64,000 nucleotides of DNA. It comes from a virus. Location of the stretch: positions 32,001-96,000 of the IMG/VR virus record IMGVR_UViG_3300033145_001087; one strand, written 5' to 3'. The position numbers and the translations under genes are program-made. Below the pieces are notes generated by a model, which was not told where the DNA came from, made no database searches, and saw only the letters and a list, made by a program, of their open reading frames with translations. This document shows positions 9,489 through 18,400 of the stretch, piece by piece (the stretch's first letter is position 1; the number at the start of each line of letters is the position of its first letter).

Positions 9489-10553
9489 ATGAATACGCAA
9501 AGTGCACTTATAAAAGATTTCGTTAAGTCCTCTAAATATTATTTAGTTAATTTTTCGACAGATAGTGATAATGATTTTGGTAAAATTTTAAGAAATGAAG
9601 AATTAAAAAAAATAAATATAGAAAAGAATGAAATACATAGGAGTATAGAAAATAAAAATGGTGATTGTCTTTTCGTTTTAGATTTGAAACCTAAGAATGA
9701 AACATATATAGATAATCCAATTCAATTACTTTTAAATACTTTAGATGATGCTAGAGGGATAGAATTAGTTTACCCAAACATTTTTAAATGGGTATTTAAT
9801 GGGTTAAATATTAAAGCATATGCATTAGTACCAAGTGGTAAATCACGTTCACAATCCACTATCAGTAGATATGGGGGAACAGAAAATTTTATAAAAATCT
9901 TACGACACCATTTAAAAAACATAGTAAAAATGAAAAATGGTATTTCCCCTGATTATAATTTTTTAAATTTGAAAGAAGAATTAAAAAATACTGAATTATC
10001 TATAGGCTCTATAAATTCTTTAACCGGTCAATATAATATTTTTATCGACCTTACGTCATCATATATAAAGATATTAAAAGACAGTAAATATTTTATTAGT
10101 TCAAATAATACATTGAATCATTTAGAAATGAAATATTGGGCACGAGAAATTAACCCAGATTTTATAATTGAAGCAAAACATATAAAACTAAAGAATTCAA
10201 TACCACTAATAGATAAAATATATGACTTATATCCGTTACCAGTAAAAAGAATTATGAAATTAAAACACAAAGGAAATTATAATAGATTCTTATTAGCACG
10301 TTTTTTATTATCTGTTCATACACCAAAAGATGCAAAGTTTATGTATTATTCAGTATTGGGAGACGAAGAGAGGGAACATATAAGTAAAGGAGACTGTTCT
10401 ACACAATGGGGATATATTTTAAATAATATTAAACGATATTGTTGTCCTTCATTAAAAGAATTAAATTCTTTCATAAAAAGAGGAGACCCACCATTATCAC
10501 ATCCATTAGAAAAAGTACAAGCATATTTAAAAGGAAAAAATGACAAAAACTAA
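9489..10553 (+). CDS. Degenerate PriS-PriL-like primase fusion
   Basis: AEP-like N half (FVLDLK, VFNG, GSINSLTG); PriL-C-like half (YPLPVK, NRFLLARFL, RYCCPS, SHPL); directly after polB. Confidence 0.5.
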   Translation: MNTQSALIKDFVKSSKYYLVNFSTDSDNDFGKILRNEELKKINIEKNEIHRSIENKNGDCLFVLDLKPKNETYIDNPIQLLLNTLDDARGIELVYPNIFKWVFNGLNIKAYALVPSGKSRSQSTISRYGGTENFIKILRHHLKNIVKMKNGISPDYNFLNLKEELKNTELSIGSINSLTGQYNIFIDLTSSYIKILKDSKYFISSNNTLNHLEMKYWAREINPDFIIEAKHIKLKNSIPLIDKIYDLYPLPVKRIMKLKHKGNYNRFLLARFLLSVHTPKDAKFMYYSVLGDEEREHISKGDCSTQWGYILNNIKRYCCPSLKELNSFIKRGDPPLSHPLEKVQAYLKGKNDKN

Positions 10554-10770
10554 ACAAGAACTCATAGAAGATATACAAGAATCAGAAACTACTATTAATA
10601 CTTTAAAACAAAACAATAGATTTTTATTATCACAACAAAAAGAATTTAAAAGTATGGCAGAAATTGCTGGAACTAAAATGGCAAAATGGAAGCACACATG
10701 TATTAAACAAGAAGATGAATTAAAAAGATTAAAATCTAAAATAAAATATATAAAAAATGAAAAAAGGTGA
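10540..10770 (+). CDS. Small coiled-coil hypothetical protein
   Basis: ORF with AGGA RBS, heptad pattern. Confidence 0.6.
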   Translation: MTKTKQELIEDIQESETTINTLKQNNRFLLSQQKEFKSMAEIAGTKMAKWKHTCIKQEDELKRLKSKIKYIKNEKR

Positions 10771-10776
10771 GATAAT

Positions 10777-11529
10777 ATGGACGTAAATAGGATAGAACTT
10801 AAACATATAAAAGGAGACGTATTGGATATTTGTTTCTTTGGCGACCAACATATAGGAAGTAAAGATAGTGATATAGAATCAATTGAGAAAATGGTAGAAT
10901 GGATAAAAAACAAAAAGAATGTAGCTGTTATTTTAATGGGAGATACTGTAGATTGTGCTCTTAGAGGGTCAGTTGGTGCAGGCGCCTATGACAATATATT
11001 GACCCCATCTGAACAAATGGAATTTGCGGTTAAGCTTTTTACTCCTATAAAAGACAAAATATATGGTGTTCATAATGGAAATCATGGTAATAGAATGTAT
11101 AATGAAACAACAATAAGTCCAGAAAGCTATATTGCTAAAGCACTTGGAGTACCCTATTTAGGAGATACTTGTTTTCACTACTTAAGATTTGGTACACAAA
11201 CGTATATATTATTTACTGCACATGGTAGTACTGGTTCAACAACTGTTGGCGGTGCATTAAATTCCTGTATGAAATATGGGCAATATTCAGCCGCAGATAT
11301 ATATGCTATGGGGCACACACATAATTTAGCCAGTTATGCACAAGTATTTTATGAAGTTAGTAAAAAAGATAAAATGCTTATTAAAAGGAAAAAGCATTTT
11401 TTACTTACAGGTGGCTTTCTTAAATGGAAAGGGTCATATGCAGAACAAAAGAATTACGCACCACTTAAAATAGGATGTGCAAAAGCAACAGTTCGTGGTG
11501 ACAGATACGACATTCATATCCGAACATAA
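10777..11529 (+). CDS. Calcineurin-like metallophosphoesterase
   Basis: GDQH, MGDTVD, GNHG, AHG, GHTH motifs. Confidence 0.9.
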   Translation: MDVNRIELKHIKGDVLDICFFGDQHIGSKDSDIESIEKMVEWIKNKKNVAVILMGDTVDCALRGSVGAGAYDNILTPSEQMEFAVKLFTPIKDKIYGVHNGNHGNRMYNETTISPESYIAKALGVPYLGDTCFHYLRFGTQTYILFTAHGSTGSTTVGGALNSCMKYGQYSAADIYAMGHTHNLASYAQVFYEVSKKDKMLIKRKKHFLLTGGFLKWKGSYAEQKNYAPLKIGCAKATVRGDRYDIHIRT

Positions 11530-11541
11530 TAAGGTGAAAAA

Positions 11542-11805
11542 ATGATAATAGAAATAGAAACAATTTCTTACTTAGTAGGAACAGGATTTGGTATAATTAG
11601 TACAGCAATATATTTTAAATTAAAAACCATAGAACAAAAACTAAAAAATGTTGAGGATTCATTTCCGACCCCAGAAGAAGTAGCAAAAGAAGTTATCAAA
11701 GTCAAACTTCCATTGTCTGAGGTTCCTCCAGATGTTATGGAAAACATAAAAGGTATGGCAGAAAAGTTAAAAGATAAAAAGATAATAGAGTCTTATGTAG
11801 GATAA
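11542..11805 (+). CDS. Small protein with N-terminal TM helix
   Basis: GGTGA RBS; ISYLVGTGFGIISTAIYF hydrophobic segment. Confidence 0.7.
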   Translation: MIIEIETISYLVGTGFGIISTAIYFKLKTIEQKLKNVEDSFPTPEEVAKEVIKVKLPLSEVPPDVMENIKGMAEKLKDKKIIESYVG

Positions 11806-11806
11806 A

Positions 11807-12139
11807 TTGGTATCAACGGCGAAATCTAAGGGGTATAGGACAGTTGCTACCATAAAAAAAATACTGATAGCAGATGGATATATAGTAGCTAATTTAGAGA
11901 AATCTGGAAAATTTGTTAAAGAAAAAGACCTTTTCAATTTGTGGGATTTACTTGCAATCAAAGGAATCCATCACCTTTTCATTCAAGCGAAAACAAATAT
12001 GAAATTTGGAATTAAGAAACCAAGAAAATGGTTATTACCCTATATAAAATTTGGAAAAAAGCATGGTAGTAAATATGTAAAGTACGAGATATGGAATAAG
12101 CCTGACAGGCAACCCATTGAAACATTTAAATGTAAATAA
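11807..12139 (+). CDS. hjc: Hjc-type Holliday junction resolvase (PD-(D/E)xK)
   Basis: KSKGYR..L..DGY.V, WDLLAIK, FIQAKT. Confidence 0.75.
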   Translation: MVSTAKSKGYRTVATIKKILIADGYIVANLEKSGKFVKEKDLFNLWDLLAIKGIHHLFIQAKTNMKFGIKKPRKWLLPYIKFGKKHGSKYVKYEIWNKPDRQPIETFKCK

Positions 12140-12152
12140 ATGTTGGTGAAAA

Positions 12153-12296
12153 ATGATGAAAATGACTGAAAAAGAAGAATATTGTTTAAACAATTTGATT
12201 TTGAGTTACTTTTATCCTGAATTAAGCGAAAGTCTTAAATATGATGGATGTAATCCTGAAAAAAATAGCTCAAAAAACGAAACATTTATATACTAG
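12153..12296 (+). CDS. 47-aa hypothetical (not in ORF track)
   Basis: GGTGA RBS then ATG; MMKMTEKEEYCLNN... Confidence 0.4.
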   Translation: MMKMTEKEEYCLNNLILSYFYPELSESLKYDGCNPEKNSSKNETFIY

Positions 12297-12310
12297 AAGT
12301 AACATAATAT
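12279..12310 (+). promoter_or_regulatory. Archaeal BRE-TATA promoter with conserved downstream element
   Basis: GAAACATTTATATACTAGAAGTAACATATAAT, 31/32 identical to 49854-49885. Confidence 0.8.
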
Positions 12311-12407
12311 ATGTATATGAATCATTAACTTGACAACAATTTCTCTCATTCTACTAATTTATAAAGGATAAGAGACAATGTTATCGAAAAAAAAGGTGAT
12401 AAATAAA

Positions 12408-13085
12408 ATGGAAATGAAAAAAATAACAAAAGGACTTGCAATTGGTGCTATAACAATCCTAGCAGGTGGATTGCTAGCAGGATGTGCAAGTAACGAAATC
12501 ACATATACCGATACCGAAGTTAAAGCACAAATCGCTGAGGCTAAAGCATCTGTAATTTGTGACCCCGAAATAGTAACGGAATATGTTGAAACAGAAACAA
12601 TAGTTGAAGTAGATAAAATTGTTGAAGTAGAAAAAATAGTGGAAGTAGACAACGGTAATATGGACTCTGTTCTTGAATATGCTTATGAGAATGAAGGAAA
12701 TATGAGTTTAGTTATTGATGACTTAGACGACGATGAACTTGACTTAATTGTTGATAGGATTGCTTTTATCAACGAAATAAAGCAACTAGCTATTGATGAA
12801 GTAAAAGCAGAAGGCATTGACGAACTTGATAAGGAAATTACAGAAGTTAATAATATAACCATAGACGAAGATGACATTGATAGGTTTAGGATATATGATG
12901 ATGCAGACGAAATTGAAGTAGATGCTATTGATTTCGAAGATGGAGATGCAGACGTATCTGTAGATGTTAGATTCGAACAAGATGATGTACGTTATTATGC
13001 AAAATTCCTTGTAGAATTTAAAGATGGTAAAGTCGACGATATATCACTTGAGGGTGATGTAACAGAAACAAACCCAAGAGACTAA
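12408..13085 (+). CDS. Highly acidic putative lipoprotein
   Basis: MKK + hydrophobic helix + LAGC lipobox; D/E-rich; VEVDKI-type repeats. Confidence 0.7.
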   Translation: MEMKKITKGLAIGAITILAGGLLAGCASNEITYTDTEVKAQIAEAKASVICDPEIVTEYVETETIVEVDKIVEVEKIVEVDNGNMDSVLEYAYENEGNMSLVIDDLDDDELDLIVDRIAFINEIKQLAIDEVKAEGIDELDKEITEVNNITIDEDDIDRFRIYDDADEIEVDAIDFEDGDADVSVDVRFEQDDVRYYAKFLVEFKDGKVDDISLEGDVTETNPRD

Positions 13086-13092
13086 AATTAAA

Positions 13093-13113
13093 TTTTTTTA
13101 TTTTTTTCTTTTT
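13093..13113 (+). terminator. Oligo-T archaeal terminator
   Basis: TTTTTTTATTTTTTTCTTTTT just after the last + strand gene. Confidence 0.65.
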
Positions 13114-13270
13114 CAAAATGGTAACTATTATTATTACTAGAAATAGAATAAGTGAAATAATTATAAACTTCTTAATAAAGAACGATTTCTTAAATAACTG
13201 TATAAGTGTTAGAATATGATATTATTAACTATTATATATACAACAATTAATATAGTTAAGCTTTTCTTAC

Positions 13271-13400
13271 GGTAGTCATAACGCCATAGGACGCACAGGG
13301 ATGCGATTTAAGCAACGCTGTTTTTTAGACATACTAGACTACCTCTTTTTGGAGAAGTCTTCTTAAATCAATGTTTCTGTGCGTCCTAGAGCATCCTAGA
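13271..13400. other. Structured non-coding element (nested inverted repeats, possible pseudoknot)
   Basis: TAGGACGCACAG 13287-98 / CTGTGCGTCCTA 13377-88; GATTTAAG 13305-12 / CTTAAATC 13362-69; GGTAGTC 13271-77 / GACTACC 13337-43. Confidence 0.65.
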
Positions 13401-13422
13401 GTGATGTTTTAAGTGGTTTTTC

Positions 13423-13596
13423 TTACTTATTTAAAGCTATAAATTTACCTGTAAATTTAAGGTATTTCTTTAACCACATATCATCTTTTACTGTAGGAGT
13501 AATTTTTATAATTATAGAAACTAAGCCAATTAATGCTAAATATCCTTCTACTAAAGCCAATTTATTACTAATTACCCAATTAAGTATTTCTTGCAT
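13423..13596 (-). CDS. 57-aa membrane protein, holin-like (not in ORF track)
   Basis: GAGGT RBS; MQEILNWV...YLALIGLVSIIIKITPTVKDD; single TM; end of late operon. Confidence 0.55.
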   Translation of the reverse strand: MQEILNWVISNKLALVEGYLALIGLVSIIIKITPTVKDDMWLKKYLKFTGKFIALNK

Positions 13597-13606
13597 TTTT
13601 TTACCT

Positions 13607-13828
13607 CTATATTGTAGATTTTATTATACTTATACCAACACTTAACAATAAAACTAAAACTGTTAATGTAAAGCTATATGCACCAAATATTAATTTGCTA
13701 TGGAGTTTTACCCTGCCGTTTGTTATTTTTTGTTCAGTATGTATTTCATCAAGTTTTTTCATAATGTCTTTATTCGTATATGAAACTCTAAATATTTCGT
13801 TGTTATTAGTCATTTCTTTTTCCTCCAT
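13607..13828 (-). CDS. Small coiled-coil + C-terminal TM protein (lysis-associated?)
   Basis: KLDEIH...TNGRV followed by hydrophobic helix; follows tail genes. Confidence 0.55.
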   Translation of the reverse strand: MEEKEMTNNNEIFRVSYTNKDIMKKLDEIHTEQKITNGRVKLHSKLIFGAYSFTLTVLVLLLSVGISIIKSTI

Positions 13829-13862
13829 ATTTTATTTTATTAATATACTATTTTTATTATTT

Positions 13863-15458
13863 TCATTTTATTAATAAACAAACACTCTCATATGCAGGAC
13901 TTGTACTTCCTGCATCTGTTCTATTCAATTCAATTTTAAATGTTAGTTGATTTCCAGTTGTACCAAAAGTGTGAATATCTCCTACAGATGCTACATAAGA
14001 TTCCCAACTGATTCCACCATCAGCACTAACATAATAATCATCATTTTCTGTTTCAAAATTTTCATATCTTCTTAATTCACAAGATGTAACATTATAATCA
14101 GTTGTTATAGTATCAGCTATTATATTTCCTGATGATTGTCCATCTTGTAATCTTAATTTACCATCAGTTTCTTCTGTATTTACATGAGTGATAACAGTTG
14201 GGTCTTCATTAAAATAAACGGTATAACTATCTTTCATATTATTAGGATTACTAATAGACCCTATGAATTCTTCTGGATTTACTTTAGATATAAACAAATC
14301 ACTAATAGTTTTCTGTTTACTTGTTAATTGAATTGAGGTAGTATTATTATTAAAATTATGACTAAATTGATGAACTTTATATTCTCCTTCTACATTACAA
14401 AATTTAACAGATACATTAATTATGTTTCCAGGCTTTAAAGATGTAAGTATAACAGTATTTACACGACCACTATCTGAAACATCTACACCTTCTGAAAGTT
14501 CATAATCTGCTTTATCCTGAACATCATCCATAGTACTTAAAGACCCTTCGTTTAAAATTCTATCCTTTATCCATAAATCAGATTGGGATGCTGTGTTTTC
14601 TTCTGTTTTTAATAGTAAAATGTTATCTGATTCTGTTTTACCATAAATAATAGCTCTATTTATTATATCAGTAGTATCTGTTCCAAAATCAGATAGTGTT
14701 ATCAGATTAACACCATAAGCAACATTACAATCAGTATTTGTAATCTCTTCTTGAATAAAAGTCCTTAATACCCAAGATGATGTAACATATTCAATATAAC
14801 AATCTAATCCAATACGCTTACAAATTTCTCCTATTGTTGCCCATCCTTTTTTATGTTGATAAGTCATATTAAGAGTATCAGTTGGGAATGTCGATACTGC
14901 CGGGTCCCAAGAGACTGTATCATTTCCAGAATTATATGTAGCTGTAGACCAACTACTACCATTCCAAAAAGTAAGTGTAATATCTGAATAAAACTCATTA
15001 AGTATTCCTGCTAATGCAACATCTCCTGTAGACGCAACTTCTATACCTGTTATTGTTTTATCTACTAATTCTGGGTAATCTCTACCATTAATATCTACAA
15101 AAAAACCAACCGTTAAATCTACACCATATGACACATTATCTATTTTACCTCTAAATATTCTAGTTGTAGCATCTGTATTATCAGAATAGATATTTAATAT
15201 CTCTCCACCATCAAATTTCCCTTGAAATGTTCCATTTTGATTTGAAATTCTTAATGAAAAATTTCCAAGTTTATCAGTTACAGGACGAGTAATTGATGAT
15301 GATATGCACCAATTATCGGCATCTGCACCACTATAAGTATCTAAAACAGTGTAATCAGTATCATCACTAGCTGTTATAATTATTTTACTATATGTTTTAG
15401 CAGTTGATGGAATCCATACTTCTACAGGTATAGTCTTTAAAGTTTTTACAGGTGACAT
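13863..15458 (-). CDS. Baseplate hub / tail tip (Tal-like) protein
   Basis: RIFRGKID..INGRD; IINRAIIYG; LKPGNIINV..YKVHQFSH hub-like pattern; downstream of TMP. Confidence 0.65.
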   Translation of the reverse strand: MSPVKTLKTIPVEVWIPSTAKTYSKIIITASDDTDYTVLDTYSGADADNWCISSSITRPVTDKLGNFSLRISNQNGTFQGKFDGGEILNIYSDNTDATTRIFRGKIDNVSYGVDLTVGFFVDINGRDYPELVDKTITGIEVASTGDVALAGILNEFYSDITLTFWNGSSWSTATYNSGNDTVSWDPAVSTFPTDTLNMTYQHKKGWATIGEICKRIGLDCYIEYVTSSWVLRTFIQEEITNTDCNVAYGVNLITLSDFGTDTTDIINRAIIYGKTESDNILLLKTEENTASQSDLWIKDRILNEGSLSTMDDVQDKADYELSEGVDVSDSGRVNTVILTSLKPGNIINVSVKFCNVEGEYKVHQFSHNFNNNTTSIQLTSKQKTISDLFISKVNPEEFIGSISNPNNMKDSYTVYFNEDPTVITHVNTEETDGKLRLQDGQSSGNIIADTITTDYNVTSCELRRYENFETENDDYYVSADGGISWESYVASVGDIHTFGTTGNQLTFKIELNRTDAGSTSPAYESVCLLIK

Positions 15459-18400
15459 TATGATGTATCCTCGCTACATGAACACCCATCACAACAAGTT
15501 CTAAAATACATACTTGGTTGGAATAGTGTCCATCCTGAATATCCACAGGCATAATCTGCCCATAACCAAACACCAAAGTTAGTTTCAAACGATACACCGG
15601 CTTTAATATTTTCCCAAGACTCTGCTGATAAGCTAATAGCTGTTGTTGAGTCACTAGAGTTACTCATTTTTAGTGTTACACAAGGCTCACTATTTTCAAC
15701 CAAACTATACCAAGTAAACTCTTTACCTCCACGATTTTGTGCTGTAATATTTAAAAACGGTATAGAACTAGTTTGCCCCCAAGGTTCTACATTAGTACTG
15801 GTAGACGAACTAGGTGCAAAAACTAATGAATTGATATTTGTAGGTAAACTATAATCCCAATCAGAATAATAATAATTAACTTCTCCTGTATCATTACTGG
15901 TATAATCTGGTGTATGAACTATAATTTCATATGTATCATTACCACCATAATAATCAAATCTAGGATTTTGTACTTCTAAAGTACCATTAACTAATGATTC
16001 AAATGTTATTGGAATCTCTACGAACCCATCTGAATTATTTAAAAAAGTTTCAATTAAAGTAGTATTTAGATTTGCAATTGTAGCACTTTGATTATATGAA
16101 ATATTAATATCTGAAATTTCTAATAACCCATATGTTGAATATAAATGTACAGGAATATAACAATAAGGAGATGTTGTACAACTAGATAAATAAGTAGTTA
16201 ATGCATCTGAAATATTTACTTCTTCTTCTGATGAATAATTACCAGTATAATTCCATTCTCTATCTCCGGCACCAACTGTTCCAATTTCTAACCATGCGTC
16301 TTCTGGAACTCTAGTAAACGCCCAATGAACAGAATCTTCATAAATATTCGCATAAGCACAATCACCAGAAGAACAACTTGCACTCCACGGAGAAGTTATA
16401 TATTTTGTATCATATAAATATGTATCTGAAATTGTACTATATCCAGGAACGGCACCACTAACATATACTTTATTATAAGTTACTATATATAAATTACTAT
16501 ATCCTGAAATATCTTCATTTGTAAAAATCGAAGTTGTTTCATTCCACGCAGACATTAAATTATTTACATTATCTACAAATATTGTAAAATTACCATATTC
16601 ATAAAAAGGACCTGTTGGGTAAGTTTGACCAACATAATACATTTCAACAATTTCTTTACCATTATTTGGGGCACCAGTTAAATTTATCATTTCATCAGCC
16701 ATCCACAAATCAGCCCAACATTTGTGAGAACTAGAACCTAATTTACAACCAATATTGCCTTCTATTTTAATATAATATTTATCAGCACCAACAAGGAAAT
16801 CTTTATCAGTTTGAACCGACCAATATTTTGTTACTGCATCTGCTGGAGTTCCCCAACCTACTGCACTCCTTAATTTACCATTCGATTCAGATGTTCCATT
16901 ATATCCCACATAATCTCCAGAATCAGACCATAAAGAATAATTTACACTATTATCTTCAAAATCATCGTAAACAGTACCATTTTTTGGAACAGCAACATTA
17001 ATATTAATAAGTTGTGCTGCATATGTTGAAAAATTATTATCAAATAATAACGAGTCATTACCATAAATTACAGTAGAAGGTAAATTTCTTGTAGATGAAG
17101 TTTCTAATACTCCCATATTTAACCATTCACTTCCGTTATAACATTGAGGTCTTGATGAAAAGACAGATGACCCATAAGAGGATTTAATCCGTAATTCTAT
17201 TAAAGTTTCATTATAATCCCAACAACTTTCTTGGTCACTCATAGTAATATTATAAGCATCTAAAGTTCCGTGTTTAACTTCCCAATATGTTGATGAAATT
17301 GAACTTGTTTTTTTCGTAAAATTTGAATATCTATAATTAATATTAGAATTTTCTGTAGTAGTATAATTATTATCTTGTGTAGTACTAGTATCGTCTCTAT
17401 AAGTAACATTATATCCTGTAATATTTAAAAATCCTTCTATATTTGTTGCAGAATTAAATAATTCAAAATAACCAACTGTTACTATTTCTGCACCATTAAA
17501 AGTAGTATTTTTTGCAGAATCGTCATCGTTAAAAACAGTAATATCTTCTGATGATACGCCTAAAACAGGCCCGATATAATTACTTAAAGTATTATTAATA
17601 TAAATACTTACATTTTGTGGATATGTTCCATTTGTTTCGTATCCAATTAAATCAATTTTTAAATCTTCTATATCATCATATTCGTGAGAAGATATATAAT
17701 AAGTATGATTAGCCGCACCTATATAAGTTAAATTAAAAAGAGAAGATGAATCATTAAATTTAGTAAGTCTAAAATAAGGGATAGTTATACTTAAAACATT
17801 ATCATCCCCACTAGTATAACAAGAATAATTTGTTCCAAATACAGAATGATTTATATCAACACATACCGTATCTGCTGATGCATCAACGCTTATATTTAAT
17901 ACTGAACCAAGTTCAATAGTAGTTTCTGTAGATGCATTTAAACAAACACCTAAAGTTGTTCCACTACAACCAACTTCATTAACTTCTTCTTCACAAGTTA
18001 CTCCTGATGAGCTACCAGCACTTGATAAAGGACAAACTATTGCCTCTCCACCAGCATTACCCGAACCATCACAATAACCTGATGTATCGGTTTCATATAA
18101 ACAAGTATAAGAGGCATTAAAACTATCATAATAAGGAGTATCTGCGTCACCATCACATTGAACAGTATCATTATAATTACTTGTGTTTTCAGTACACGTT
18201 AATACATTTTCTGTTGTTGCAACAGTAACATTTTCTGCTACATTCGTATCAGTTCCCTGGTCTACCCATCCTGTTGCAGTACAACTTCCAGAATCGTAAC
18301 CTGTATAATAATCAGACATTGTACATGCCCCTGCTATACATTCATACCAAGTTGCACAACTACAATCATCATTATCATCAGTCCCGCAATCACTATCTCC

